A DNA stretch of 64,000 nucleotides. Source: Bacteroidota bacterium (lineage in GTDB: Bacteria > Bacteroidota > Bacteroidia > UKL13-3). The notes below the pieces were generated by a model that saw nothing but the letters and a program-made list of their open reading frames with translations, was not told where the DNA came from and searched no databases. Positions 36,448 to 46,817 of this stretch are shown here, piece after piece. Every line of letters starts with the position of its first letter. Position 1 is the stretch's first letter. The translations under genes were made by a program, and so were the position numbers. Location of the stretch: assembly GCA_046314755.1 (NCBI GenBank), contig JBKDBG010000002.1, positions 14,765-78,764 of the forward strand, written 5' to 3'.

Positions 36448-38379
36448 ATGAGCAATATTAATATTACTTTACCTGACGGCTCGGTTCGTTCGTATGAATC
36501 GGGGATTACCGCTTTAGAAATTGCTAAGTCAATTAGCGAAGGGTTGGCAAGAAATGTACTTGCAGCCAAAGTAAATGGAGAAGTTTGGGATGCAACCCGC
36601 CCAATAACCACAGATGTTTCGTTGGTTTTGCTCACGTGGAATGATACGGATGGAAAACAAACCATGTGGCATTCTTCAGCTCACTTATTGGCTGAAGCGC
36701 TTGAGGCATTGTATCCGGGTGTAAAGTTCGGTATTGGCCCCGCCATTGAAAATGGGTTTTATTATGATGTTGATTTTGGCGGCAAAGATTTTTCAATTGA
36801 TGATTTAAAAAAGGTTGAAGAAAAAATGGTTGAATTGGCCAAACAAGGCAATTTATACCAACGCAAAGAAATCAGTAAGCAAGATGCCGTTGACTATTTC
36901 ACAGAAAAAGGTGATGAATATAAATTGGAATTAATTGATGGTTTAGAAGACGGTTCAATAACGTTTTACCAACAAGGTAATTTTACCGATTTATGCCGTG
37001 GGCCGCATATCCCGAATACCGGTTTTATCAAAGCCGTTAAATTACTGAATGTGGCCGGTGCATATTGGAGGGGTGATGAAAAAAATAAAATGCTTACCCG
37101 TATTTATGGCATCACTTTCCCTAAAAAATCGGAGTTAGATGAATATTTGGTGTTGTTGGAAGAAGCAAAAAAACGTGATCACCGCAAAATTGGAAAAGAG
37201 TTAGAGTTGTTTACTTTTTCTGAGAAAGTAGGCATGGGGCTTCCATTGTGGTTACCAAAAGGGGCCATGTTAAGAGAACGGTTGATTCAATTTTTGCAAA
37301 GGGCACAGGTAGATGCAGGGTATATGCCTGTAGTTACACCGCATATTGGTAACAAAAACTTATACATCACTTCGGGGCATTATGAAAAATACGGTGCCGA
37401 TTCATTCCAACCGATTTCTACACCAAGAGAAGGGGAAGAGTTTTTCTTAAAACCAATGAATTGTCCGCACCATTGCGAAATTTATAAAGCGCAGCCTCGC
37501 TCTTACAAAGATTTACCGGTGCGTTTTGCAGAGTTTGGAACGGTTTATCGTTATGAGCAGGCCGGTGAGTTGCATGGCTTAACCAGGGTAAGAGGATTTA
37601 CGCAAGATGATGCGCATTTATTTTGCAGACCCGATCAAGTAAAAGAAGAATTTTGTAAGGTAATTGACCTGGTGCTTTATGTATTTAATGCCCTTGATTT
37701 TAAAGATTATACCGCACAAATTTCTTTGCGTGATAAAGAAAATAGAGCCAAATACATTGGTTCAGAAGAGAATTGGAATTTAGCAGAACAAGCCATTATT
37801 GAATCGGCTGCCGAAAAAGGATTAAAAACCGTGATTGAATATGGTGAAGCAGCGTTTTACGGTCCGAAGTTGGATTTTATGGTGAAAGATGCCATTGGCC
37901 GTAAATGGCAGTTGGGAACCATTCAAGTTGATTACAACTTGCCTGAACGGTTTGAATTGGAATACACCGGAAGCGATAACCAAAAGCATAGGCCTGTAAT
38001 GATACACCGTGCGCCATTTGGCTCGTTGGAGCGTTTTGTGGCCGTGTTAATTGAGCATTGTGCCGGTAATTTCCCGCTTTGGTTGCACCCTGAACCTGTA
38101 AGTATTTTGCCCGTAAGCGAAAAATATCATGAGTATGCGCAAAAAGTTGTGAATGTGCTAAATAAAGCAGATATTCGCGGGCCGCTTGACGACCGTAATG
38201 AAAAGGTTGGCAGAAAAATACGTGATGCGGAATTAAAGAAAATACCTTTTATGCTGGTGGTTGGAGAACAAGAAATGGCAGAAGAAACAGTATCGGTAAG
38301 AAAGCACGGTGGCGAAGAATTAGGTAAGATGAAACTTGCCGATTTTGTAGCCTACTACAAAGAACAAAGTAAAATTTAA
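36448..38379 (+). CDS. thrS: threonine--tRNA ligase
   Basis: 643 aa. TGS domain N-terminus (ITLPDGS), editing-domain HSSAHLLA, class II motifs ([24 protein letters not shown]) and an anticodon-binding C-terminus. Confidence 0.95.
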   Translation: MSNINITLPDGSVRSYESGITALEIAKSISEGLARNVLAAKVNGEVWDATRPITTDVSLVLLTWNDTDGKQTMWHSSAHLLAEALEALYPGVKFGIGPAIENGFYYDVDFGGKDFSIDDLKKVEEKMVELAKQGNLYQRKEISKQDAVDYFTEKGDEYKLELIDGLEDGSITFYQQGNFTDLCRGPHIPNTGFIKAVKLLNVAGAYWRGDEKNKMLTRIYGITFPKKSELDEYLVLLEEAKKRDHRKIGKELELFTFSEKVGMGLPLWLPKGAMLRERLIQFLQRAQVDAGYMPVVTPHIGNKNLYITSGHYEKYGADSFQPISTPREGEEFFLKPMNCPHHCEIYKAQPRSYKDLPVRFAEFGTVYRYEQAGELHGLTRVRGFTQDDAHLFCRPDQVKEEFCKVIDLVLYVFNALDFKDYTAQISLRDKENRAKYIGSEENWNLAEQAIIESAAEKGLKTVIEYGEAAFYGPKLDFMVKDAIGRKWQLGTIQVDYNLPERFELEYTGSDNQKHRPVMIHRAPFGSLERFVAVLIEHCAGNFPLWLHPEPVSILPVSEKYHEYAQKVVNVLNKADIRGPLDDRNEKVGRKIRDAELKKIPFMLVVGEQEMAEETVSVRKHGGEELGKMKLADFVAYYKEQSKI

Positions 38380-38388
38380 TAATAAACA

Positions 38389-38985
38389 TTGGCAACACCA
38401 AACAATTCAAGTGGTCCTTACAATGGACCAAGGCATGACGGAAACAGATTCAGAGGCCGCAGACAAGTAGAAGCTGAACACAAAATCAACGGTTACATCG
38501 TTGCACAGGAAGTTCGTTTAGTAGGTGAAAACATTACACCGGGAGTAGTGTCGCTAAAAGAGGCATTACGATTGGCTGAGGAACAAGAGCTAGATTTGGT
38601 TGAAATTTCACCAAATTCCGATCCTCCGGTTTGTCGTATCGTTGATTATAAAAAGTTTCTTTACGAACAAAAAAAGAAGCGTAAAGAAATGAAAGCGAAC
38701 GCAACCAAACAGGAAGTGAAAGAAATACGTTTCGGTCCGAATACGGATGAGCATGATTTTGAATTTAAATTAAAACATGCCGAAAAGTTCTTAAACGAAG
38801 GAAACAAGGTAAGGGCTTTTGTGTTTTTTAAAGGTCGTGCCATTGTTTATAAAGAAAGAGGAGAAGTGTTGTTGTTACAATTTGCACAGCGTTTATCAGA
38901 AATTGGTAAGGTTGAGCAGTTACCTAAGTTGGAAGGCAAAAAAATGTTTTTGTTGGTAGCTCCAAAAGGTAAATCAGGAAAATAA
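38389..38985 (+). CDS. infC: translation initiation factor IF-3 (non-AUG start)
   Basis: 198 aa. INGYIVAQEVRLVG and LVEISPNSDPPVCRIVDYKKFLYE are IF-3 hallmarks. An in-frame TAA at 38383 and the absence of any in-frame ATG/GTG before the conserved domain leave TTG 38389 as the only standard start. Confidence 0.9.
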   Translation: MATPNNSSGPYNGPRHDGNRFRGRRQVEAEHKINGYIVAQEVRLVGENITPGVVSLKEALRLAEEQELDLVEISPNSDPPVCRIVDYKKFLYEQKKKRKEMKANATKQEVKEIRFGPNTDEHDFEFKLKHAEKFLNEGNKVRAFVFFKGRAIVYKERGEVLLLQFAQRLSEIGKVEQLPKLEGKKMFLLVAPKGKSGK

Positions 38986-39024
38986 AAAAAAGTAAACCGG
39001 AATAAAACAAAGAAGGGACAGATT

Positions 39025-39225
39025 ATGCCTAAAATGAAAACAAACAGTGCTGCAAAAAAGCGTTTTAAAGTTACTCCTAGTGGTAAAATTAAACGTGCGC
39101 AAGCATTTAAAAATCACATTTTAACTAAAAAAACCACTAAGCAAAAACGCGCTTTAACCAAAATGGTTGTTGTGAGTGATGCTGATATGGGTTTGGTTAA
39201 AAACTTACTTGCTATTGGTAAATAA
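39025..39225 (+). CDS. rpmI: 50S ribosomal protein L35
   Basis: 66 aa ([17 protein letters not shown]..), located downstream of infC. Confidence 0.9.
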   Translation: MPKMKTNSAAKKRFKVTPSGKIKRAQAFKNHILTKKTTKQKRALTKMVVVSDADMGLVKNLLAIGK

Positions 39226-39346
39226 TAGCAAACAAAACAGGCTGTTTAGGTAAGCCTTAGAATTACCTAGGTTTTAAATTTAACCCGAACAAAAGCACCA
39301 AAGAGTTGAATAACATCAACCGCTTAGGTTCAAAAAAGTAAAAATT

Positions 39347-39694
39347 ATGCCACGTTCAGTAAATTCAGTAGCGTCTCGTAGACGTAGAAAAAAACTCCTC
39401 AAATTAGCCAAAGGCTACTGGGGAAAACGTAAAAACGTATTAACCGTTGCCAAACACACGATTGATCGTGCATTGGCTTTCGCTTATCGTGATAGAAAAA
39501 CCAAAAAACGTAACTTCCGCAGCTTATGGATTACCCGTATTAATGCAGGTGTGCGTCAAGAAGGTTTGTCATACTCACAATTTATGGGTATGGCTACTAA
39601 AAAGAATTTAGGTTTAAATCGTAAAGTATTAGCCGATCTTGCAATGAATCACCCTGAAACTTTCAAGGCCATTGTAGATTCAGTTAAAAAATAA
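39347..39694 (+). CDS. rplT: 50S ribosomal protein L20
   Basis: 115 aa ([26 protein letters not shown]..). Confidence 0.95.
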   Translation: MPRSVNSVASRRRRKKLLKLAKGYWGKRKNVLTVAKHTIDRALAFAYRDRKTKKRNFRSLWITRINAGVRQEGLSYSQFMGMATKKNLGLNRKVLADLAMNHPETFKAIVDSVKK

Positions 39695-39718
39695 TGTTCA
39701 ACCAATCCGGTTTACAAA

Positions 39719-39747
39719 GCGCCCCGACTTGTCGGGGCGCTTTTTTT
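39719..39747 (+). terminator. terminator after rplT
   Basis: GCGCCCCGAC-tt-GTCGGGGCGC followed by TTTTTTT. Confidence 0.9.
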
Positions 39748-39836
39748 ATGCAGTAATGCCAACCTTCTTAAAAATATTTTGATATCCTTTCAAGGCAAAT
39801 TATATTGTAATACCATTTAAATAAAACGAGTAAACC

Positions 39837-40937
39837 ATGAATCATACTGTATACCAAATTGCCTTAACCTTAATTCCGGGAATTGGTGATGTGCTTGCCC
39901 GCAACTTAGTTAGTTATTGCGGTGGAGTGGAAGAAGTATTTAAACAAAAAAAATCTCGCTTGCTTCAAATACCGGGTATTGGCGAAAAATTGGCCCAAAG
40001 TATTACTGATTACAAAAACTTTAAACAAGCCGAAGCCGAACTCTCCTTTATTGAAAAACATGGCATACAAACCATGTTTTATTTAGATAAATCATACCCA
40101 ACTCGATTAAAACATTTTGCAGATGCGCCAATCATGTTGTACGGTTTAGGAAACTTGAATTTAGAGGCTGAAAAAATTGTGGCCATTGTAGGTACTCGCA
40201 AAGCAAGTGAATACGGCAAAGCACTCACCGAACAAATAATTGATGTGCTCAAGCCTACCGGTGCACTTATATTAAGTGGCCTTGCATTAGGTATTGATGT
40301 TGCCGCACATCGATATGCCGTAAAACACAATTTACAAACAGTGGGCGTTATGGCGCATGGGTTAGATCGTATTTATCCGCATCAACATAAAACCATTGCA
40401 AAAAACATGTTACCCAATGGAGGGTTGTTAACTGAGTTTATCAGCGGCACTCAACCCGATCGTGAAAATTTTCCGAAACGAAATCGAATTGTTGCCGGTT
40501 TATGTGATGTGTTGGTTGTGGTGGAAACCGGTGTAAAAGGTGGTGCCATGATTACGGCCGAAATTGCCAATTCATACAACAAAGAAATAATGGCCGTGCC
40601 AGGCAGAACCAGTGATGAATATTCATTTGGCTGCAACGCTTTAATTAAACTCAACAAGGCAACTATACTTACTGTTCCTGAAGATATTTTATCACTAATG
40701 GGTTGGGAACAAAGTGTTCAAACATCCATCACCAACAAACAACAACAATTGCCGCTGGATTTAACGCCAACTGAATCACAAATTGTTCAATTTATTCGCA
40801 ATAAAACCAAAGCAGGAATTGATGATATTGCTTTTGCACTTCAAATGGATAGTGGAAACCTATCATTAACGCTTCTTGATTTGGAGTTTAGAGGAATTAT
40901 CAGACAATTGCCCGGTAAATTTTTTGAATTGGTTTAA
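39837..40937 (+). CDS. dprA: DNA-processing protein DprA
   Basis: 366 aa. Rossmann-like core (IVGTRKASEYG, SGLALGIDVAAH, FPKRNRI..G) and a C-terminal winged-helix segment. Confidence 0.85.
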   Translation: MNHTVYQIALTLIPGIGDVLARNLVSYCGGVEEVFKQKKSRLLQIPGIGEKLAQSITDYKNFKQAEAELSFIEKHGIQTMFYLDKSYPTRLKHFADAPIMLYGLGNLNLEAEKIVAIVGTRKASEYGKALTEQIIDVLKPTGALILSGLALGIDVAAHRYAVKHNLQTVGVMAHGLDRIYPHQHKTIAKNMLPNGGLLTEFISGTQPDRENFPKRNRIVAGLCDVLVVVETGVKGGAMITAEIANSYNKEIMAVPGRTSDEYSFGCNALIKLNKATILTVPEDILSLMGWEQSVQTSITNKQQQLPLDLTPTESQIVQFIRNKTKAGIDDIAFALQMDSGNLSLTLLDLEFRGIIRQLPGKFFELV

Positions 40938-40945
40938 TTTGCAAC

Positions 40946-42013
40946 ATGAAAATTAAAGTACAGGCTTCATTGCACATTTTCTTGCAATTGGTTTTACTCG
41001 GCACAAGTGCTTTTGCGCAGCAACCTAAAAAAGTAATTTTTTTAATTGGTGATGGCATGGGATTAACACAAATCAGCGGTGCTATGAGTAATTATAAAGG
41101 CATCAATGCATTTGAACGTTTTCCGGTGATTGGTTTAAGTAAAACATCATCAGCCAAAAATTATATTACAGATAGTGGAGCAGGGGCAACCGCATTTACC
41201 ATTGGTGAAAAAACTTACAACGGAGCCATTGGTGTAAATGCCGATACCTTAAGTAAACCTACTTTATTTGAGTTGGCAAAAAAGAAAAATATGGCAACGG
41301 GAGTGGTGGTTACTTCCAGCATTCAACACGCAACACCGGCTAGTTTTTATGCGCATGTGCCAAGCCGAAAAATGTATGATAGCATTTCAACATTTTTGTT
41401 AAATCAAAACTGTGATATAGCCATTGGTGGTGGCAGTAAATTTATTTATGATCGTAATGATGGCAGGCAACTATCGGTTGAATTAATTAACAAAGGATTT
41501 TTATTGTTGAACGATACCGTTTTAAAACCTGTTCAGTCGAATAAATACATTTATACGCTTGCCCCCGATGGTTTAAAAACCATGGAGCAGGGTCGTGGTA
41601 ATTATTTAAGCAAAGCCACTCAACAAGCGGTTGAAAATTTATCTTCAAACAAAAACGGTTACTTTTTAATGGTGGAAGGAAGCCAAATTGATTGGGGAGG
41701 GCATGATAATGATTTTAGTTATATGCAAGCCGAGTTGCATGATTTTAATGAAGCCATTAATGTGGCCTTAGATATTGCAGCCAAAGATAAAGACGTACTT
41801 GTGTTGGTAACAGCCGACCATGAAACGGGTGGATTAACTTTAAATGCTACTGATAATAAATTATCATTCCGACCAAAATTTTCAACCCCGGATCATACGG
41901 GTGTAATGGTGCCTGTGTTTGCCTATGGTGCCGGTGCGCAAGAGTTTGCAGGTGTGTATGAAAATACCGAGTTGTTTGTTAAGTTGTGTAAGTTATTAAA
42001 TGTTAAGCCATGA
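40946..42013 (+). CDS. alkaline phosphatase (PhoA family)
   Basis: 355 aa with a signal peptide. It has IGDGMG, TDSGAGATA (active-site Ser), DWGGHDN and TADHETGG metal-ligand motifs. Confidence 0.8.
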   Translation: MKIKVQASLHIFLQLVLLGTSAFAQQPKKVIFLIGDGMGLTQISGAMSNYKGINAFERFPVIGLSKTSSAKNYITDSGAGATAFTIGEKTYNGAIGVNADTLSKPTLFELAKKKNMATGVVVTSSIQHATPASFYAHVPSRKMYDSISTFLLNQNCDIAIGGGSKFIYDRNDGRQLSVELINKGFLLLNDTVLKPVQSNKYIYTLAPDGLKTMEQGRGNYLSKATQQAVENLSSNKNGYFLMVEGSQIDWGGHDNDFSYMQAELHDFNEAINVALDIAAKDKDVLVLVTADHETGGLTLNATDNKLSFRPKFSTPDHTGVMVPVFAYGAGAQEFAGVYENTELFVKLCKLLNVKP

Positions 42014-42255
42014 GTAAGCAAAATATCATCTTATTGGTTGTAGTGAGTTTGGTAGTAGTTTTTATGTATGTTATTCTACCCAAACTTAAATTAGGGCTTA
42101 ATCAAGGTAAAATATTTCGAGCAGCCATTTTTTGCGGAATATTGGTGTGGCTAGGTTTTGATTTTTACATGAAAGAAAAATATTGGTATTTACTCATCCT
42201 AGCCTTAGGTGCGTTTGGCTTTTTTAGTATGCTTATCAGCAGCAAGCAAAAATAA
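42010..42255 (+). CDS. small integral membrane protein
   Basis: 81 aa with three hydrophobic helices. Its start overlaps the phosphatase stop (ATGA). Confidence 0.5.
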   Translation: MSKQNIILLVVVSLVVVFMYVILPKLKLGLNQGKIFRAAIFCGILVWLGFDFYMKEKYWYLLILALGAFGFFSMLISSKQK

Positions 42256-42257
42256 TT

Positions 42258-44717
42258 TTATCGCAATAAGGTAACTTGTCCGTTTAACTTACCTGAAACT
42301 TTATCAGCACCGGTGTATTGAATGACCCAAACATACACATCATTCGGTGCAAACTCACCATTAACGGTGCCATCCCATTTATCTTTGGTGTTGGTGGTTT
42401 CAAAAACCAAACTTCCCCAACGGTTATAAATTTCTAATCGGAAGGATACAATATCATTTGCCGCTGCAAAAAAATCATCATTGTATCCATCTGAGTTTGG
42501 ACTAAAAGCACTCGGCACATAAATACTGGCCGGACAGTTAGAAACCACAACTATGTTTTTACTGTTTACACAACCATTCTCACCGGTAACGCTAATGCTG
42601 TATCTGCCTTCTCGGCTAATGATATATTCCGGTGTTGTTGAACCATTGTCCCATAACAAAGAAATAAAGTTTCCACGCGCAATAAGTGTAGTGTCGTTCC
42701 TGCAGATACCTACTTCATCCGGTAAAAACAGGGTAGGCTTAGGCAATTGATTCACCACGATGGTGTCAACTGCTTTGCAATTGTTATTATCGGTAATGGT
42801 TAAAATATATTTGCCGGGAGTTATACATAAGTAGGTTGGTTGGGTTGAACCATCTTGCCAACTGTAACTATTAAAGGATGTATTGGGTTGAAGTTGAATG
42901 GATGTGTTCTCGCAAAAACTGGTATCATTACCTAACCACATTTGCGGACTTGTAAACGTATCGGCCAATAAAGTGTCTGCCGCATAACAACCATTACCAC
43001 CGGTTACTCGCAACCAATATTTTCCAACTTTGTTTGCCGTGAATGGAGAGCCTGAGCTTCCATCAATCCATAAATAGGTATTCGCATTGGTTAATGTAAT
43101 GTTGATGCTAAAATTATTCTCTTTACAAAACCTAATATCAGGGCCTAAATCAACAATAGGTAATTCTTTATTCGAAACAATAATGGTGTCGGTGTAATTG
43201 CAATTTTCTTTGGTAATTCTTACCCAAAATAATCCTCCACCGGTATGGCTAAAAGTAGGTTGGGTTGAACCATTATGCCACACATACGCACTTGCATTGG
43301 CAGCAGACGCATCAAGCACATTGATTTGATAAGGGCAAATAGCCGTATCAATACCTAAATTTAAATTGGGATTATTTTTGAATTGAATACGAATGGAATC
43401 TGTAGATGAACAACCATTTGCTGTAACACGTAAACTGTAGGTTCCTAATTGTGAAACGTTTAATCGGTTATTGGTGCTTCCGGTGTTCCATAAATAAGTG
43501 GCGCTTGCAACATTTGCGCTCAATTCAATTGAGCTGTTAAAACACAACGTGGTATCAGCCCCTAAACTAAAATCAGGCGGATTAATAAAATTTACATTTA
43601 CCGAATCAGCACTGCTACAGTTGTTTTCTGTAATGGTTAATTTGTATTTGCCTGAGGTGTTCACCAACAGGTTTGCTGTGGTATCACCTGTATTCCATAA
43701 AAACTTCGCAGCAGATGAATAGGTTGGAATGAGCAAAACATTGCTGTGTTCATTGGTGCATACAGCAGTGTCTTTACCCAAATCAATGGTTGGAATTAAA
43801 TTTCTGGTAAGTATAATCGTATCGTACACAAAACATGGTCCAACCAGCATTCTCACGGAGTATGTGCCGCTTGTATTTACTTGAATATTATTGTTGGTTA
43901 ATCCGGTGTTCCATAAATATGAACTTGCATTGAGTATAGATGGTCTTAAGTTGGTTAACCCTGTTGGCGTTGTGCAAACTTCTGTAACAATGTTGGGTAA
44001 GTTTTCATACATGCTGCAATCAGGTTCTAAGGTTAAATCATCTATGTAGTAATAACTCATTACATTCCATCCTCCGCCATTTCCACCGGTTACAGCTTGT
44101 AATGAACCATTATTATTTGCATTAAAACACCCAATGGTTATGTATTGCTCACCACCGGTTGCCAAGTACGTTCCCGAAACTTTTGTCCAGGCGGTTTTAT
44201 TGGTGATGTAATTTGGGGTTACAATTTGTGGGGTGAAATTTAAAACTCCATTACTTGTTGAACTTATCTTTTGACTCGAGATATAAACCCCCAATTTATT
44301 AGAAGCAAATTCACTTTCATCAGCCAGGCTCACATACATTTCAAACTTGTACGTAAACCCTGCAATTAACGGATTAAGCAATTGTACTTGCATGTATTCT
44401 CTGTAACCTGCAAACTGCCCGATTAATTCTAAATTCACATAAACACCCATATAAGCATTGCCGGTTCTTGCATTTTGAGTGCCTACAAAGTTGTTAGGAA
44501 CATCGGGTAAGTTATTGCCATTGCCCGTAACACAACTGTTAAAGTAATCGGAGGTTCCGGTGGTTGGCTGAGTCCAGTTGTTGGGCAAAATACCATCATT
44601 ACGCTGAGCAGGACAGTTCAAAAAAGTTTCAAAACTCGGGTTGGGAACCAGATTTTGTGCTTGAGTAAAACTCATCATACACATTACGGCAAATACAACT
44701 CCTAGTAGCTTGAACAT
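42258..44717 (-). CDS. T9SS type-B (gliding motility-associated C-terminal domain) secreted repeat protein
   Basis: 819 aa. Signal peptide, then an N-terminal ~210-aa jelly-roll-like domain (NLVPNPSFE..), seven ~70-aa Cys-containing repeats, and a C-terminal ..VPSAFSPNSDGYNDDF..IYNRWGSLVF..WDG.. domain typical of the type-B T9SS sorting domain. Confidence 0.85.
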   Translation of the reverse strand: MFKLLGVVFAVMCMMSFTQAQNLVPNPSFETFLNCPAQRNDGILPNNWTQPTTGTSDYFNSCVTGNGNNLPDVPNNFVGTQNARTGNAYMGVYVNLELIGQFAGYREYMQVQLLNPLIAGFTYKFEMYVSLADESEFASNKLGVYISSQKISSTSNGVLNFTPQIVTPNYITNKTAWTKVSGTYLATGGEQYITIGCFNANNNGSLQAVTGGNGGGWNVMSYYYIDDLTLEPDCSMYENLPNIVTEVCTTPTGLTNLRPSILNASSYLWNTGLTNNNIQVNTSGTYSVRMLVGPCFVYDTIILTRNLIPTIDLGKDTAVCTNEHSNVLLIPTYSSAAKFLWNTGDTTANLLVNTSGKYKLTITENNCSSADSVNVNFINPPDFSLGADTTLCFNSSIELSANVASATYLWNTGSTNNRLNVSQLGTYSLRVTANGCSSTDSIRIQFKNNPNLNLGIDTAICPYQINVLDASAANASAYVWHNGSTQPTFSHTGGGLFWVRITKENCNYTDTIIVSNKELPIVDLGPDIRFCKENNFSINITLTNANTYLWIDGSSGSPFTANKVGKYWLRVTGGNGCYAADTLLADTFTSPQMWLGNDTSFCENTSIQLQPNTSFNSYSWQDGSTQPTYLCITPGKYILTITDNNNCKAVDTIVVNQLPKPTLFLPDEVGICRNDTTLIARGNFISLLWDNGSTTPEYIISREGRYSISVTGENGCVNSKNIVVVSNCPASIYVPSAFSPNSDGYNDDFFAAANDIVSFRLEIYNRWGSLVFETTNTKDKWDGTVNGEFAPNDVYVWVIQYTGADKVSGKLNGQVTLLR
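42537..44000 (-). repeat. seven tandem ~70-aa (~210-nt) coding repeats inside the T9SS protein
   Basis: The motif (Y/F/L)(L/V/S)W..G(S/L/D)T recurs with its Trp at residues 269, 341, 410, 480, 550, 620 and 689. Each unit also has LG.D...C and a G.Y.(L/V)..(T/V)....C...D core. Confidence 0.8.
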
Positions 44718-44756
44718 TGATGGTATAATTCTAATCTAATTTAACATATAGAACAA

Positions 44757-44795
44757 CAAAAAAGCCTCTTCGTTGCTTTGAAGAGGCTTTTTTTA
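44757..44795 (-). terminator. terminator after the bacilliredoxin gene
   Basis: AAAAAA-GCCTCTTC-gttgcttt-GAAGAGGC-TTTTTTT. Confidence 0.8.
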
Positions 44796-44809
44796 ACCTG
44801 ATTTAAATC

Positions 44810-45229
44810 TTAACAATATTCATTGAAAGTAGCTTCTAAATGTGCAGCAATCATGTCAGCACTTCTGCCTTCAATCATGTGTCGTTCTATAAAATGAACC
44901 AACTCGCCATTTTTAAATAAAGCAATACTTGGTGATGAAGGTGGGAATGGAGCGGTAAACTCTCTTGCTTTGCTAACGGCTTCAACTTCCTGTCCAGCAA
45001 ATACAGTTAATAAAGCACTTGGCTTTTTGGCTGATTTTTCAAGTGCTTTTAAAACACCAGGGCGGCAAGTTCCGGCTGCACATCCGCAAACCGAGTTAAA
45101 TACCAATAATTTTGTACCTTCTTTATTTGTCATTTCAGCTTCAACATCGGCTGAAGTCATAAGGCTTTTAAATCCTGCTTGTTCTAGTTGTTGGCGCATT
45201 GGCGCAACGAGCATTTCCGGGTATGGCAT
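44810..45229 (-). CDS. BrxA/BrxB-type bacilliredoxin (DUF1094/YphP family)
   Basis: 139 aa. NSVCGCAAG contains the family CGC redox motif, in a thioredoxin-like layout. Confidence 0.75.
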   Translation of the reverse strand: MPYPEMLVAPMRQQLEQAGFKSLMTSADVEAEMTNKEGTKLLVFNSVCGCAAGTCRPGVLKALEKSAKKPSALLTVFAGQEVEAVSKAREFTAPFPPSSPSIALFKNGELVHFIERHMIEGRSADMIAAHLEATFNEYC

Positions 45230-45401
45230 AAATTTTTATAAATTTTTATGTTTATTAAATAACAAATGTGGCACCAACAATGTTTATATAGCAAATTGTC
45301 AGTTCACAGGCAAAGGTAGGGCTTTACATTAGAGTGTAAAATAAATTTTCATTATACAACTATAAACCTTACCTTCGCAAACCTTTAACTTTTAAAGAAT
45401 T

Positions 45402-46715
45402 ATGTCAGAGTCAACAACACGCTTACCGTACAAAGTAAAAGACATTTCCCTAGCAGAATGGGGACGCAAAGAAATTAAATTAGCCGAAGCAGAAATGCCG
45501 GGTTTAATGACTATCCGCAAAGAATATGGTGCTCAACAACCATTAAAAGGTGCTCGCATTGCAGGTTGCTTGCACATGACTATTCAAACTGCTGTTTTGA
45601 TTGAAACATTAAAAGCCTTAGGTGCAGAAGTAACCTGGAGCTCATGTAATATTTTCTCAACCCAAGACCACGCTGCGGCCGCTATTGCTGCTGCCGGTAT
45701 TCCGGTTTATGCCTGGAAAGGCCAAAACGAAGAAGAGTTTGATTGGTGTATTGAACAAACCTTGTTTGCATTTGAAGGTGGTAAAGCCTTAAATATGATT
45801 TTAGATGATGGTGGTGATTTAACCAATATGGTATTTGATCGTTATCCTGAATTAGCAAAAGATATCAAAGGTTTATCAGAAGAAACTACAACAGGTGTTC
45901 ATCGCTTATACGAGCGTATGAAAAAAGGAACTTTATTGGTTCCTGCAATTAACGTAAACGACTCTGTAACCAAATCAAAATTTGATAACAAATACGGTTG
46001 TAAAGAATCATTAGTAGATGCTATCCGTAGAGCTACTGATATTATGATGGCAGGTAAAGTGGCTGTAGTTGCAGGTTATGGAGATGTGGGTAAAGGTTCT
46101 GCGGAATCGTTACGTGGTGCAGGTGCTCGTGTATTGGTTACTGAAATTGATCCAATTTGTGCATTACAAGCAGCTATGGACGGATTTGAAGTAGTAACTA
46201 TGGAAGATGCTTGTTCACGCGCTAATATTTTTGTAACAGCCACAGGTAATATTAACATTGTTGCGGGTGAGCACTTCAAAGCAATGCGCGATAAATCAAT
46301 CGTATGTAACATAGGTCACTTCGATAACGAAATCGATATGGCCTGGTTAAACAAAAACCACGGTTCAAGCAAATACACCATCAAACCACAAGTTGATGTA
46401 TATAATGTTGATGGCAAGGAAATTATCGTATTGGCTGAAGGTCGTTTAGTAAACTTAGGTTGTGCAATGGGTCATCCATCGTTTGTAATGAGTAATTCAT
46501 TCTCAAACCAAACCTTAGCTCAAATCGAATTGTGGAACCACAGCGATAAATATGAAAACAAAGTTTACGTATTACCAAAACACTTAGATGAAAAGGTAGC
46601 TGCGTTACACTTAGATCATATCGGTGCTAAATTAACGAAACTTCGTCCTGATCAGGCTGAGTACATTGGCGTAACAGCTGAAGGGCCGTTTAAAGCTGAG
46701 CTTTACAGATACTAA
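45402..46715 (+). CDS. ahcY: adenosylhomocysteinase
   Basis: 437 aa with [15 protein letters not shown], the NAD motif GYGDVGKG and a C-terminal ..[12 protein letters not shown]. Confidence 0.95.
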   Translation: MSESTTRLPYKVKDISLAEWGRKEIKLAEAEMPGLMTIRKEYGAQQPLKGARIAGCLHMTIQTAVLIETLKALGAEVTWSSCNIFSTQDHAAAAIAAAGIPVYAWKGQNEEEFDWCIEQTLFAFEGGKALNMILDDGGDLTNMVFDRYPELAKDIKGLSEETTTGVHRLYERMKKGTLLVPAINVNDSVTKSKFDNKYGCKESLVDAIRRATDIMMAGKVAVVAGYGDVGKGSAESLRGAGARVLVTEIDPICALQAAMDGFEVVTMEDACSRANIFVTATGNINIVAGEHFKAMRDKSIVCNIGHFDNEIDMAWLNKNHGSSKYTIKPQVDVYNVDGKEIIVLAEGRLVNLGCAMGHPSFVMSNSFSNQTLAQIELWNHSDKYENKVYVLPKHLDEKVAALHLDHIGAKLTKLRPDQAEYIGVTAEGPFKAELYRY

Positions 46716-46735
46716 AATCAAATCAATACATATAA

Positions 46736-46765
46736 AGGCCAATCCATCAAGGGTTGGCCTTTTTG
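46736..46765 (+). terminator. terminator after ahcY
   Basis: AGGCCAATCC-atcaa-GGGTTGGCCT followed by TTTTG. Confidence 0.75.
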
Positions 46766-46817
46766 TTTATAATTATTTTGGGATGATTCTATTCTAAAGT
46801 TGATTTTCGTATGGCAT

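Noticed and set aside
45230-45401. A possible SAH riboswitch or other leader upstream of ahcY.
   Set aside because: The region is AT-rich, has no evident conserved stems or pseudoknot, and places a promoter-like TACCTTCG box only ~25 nt before the ATG. That leaves too short a leader.
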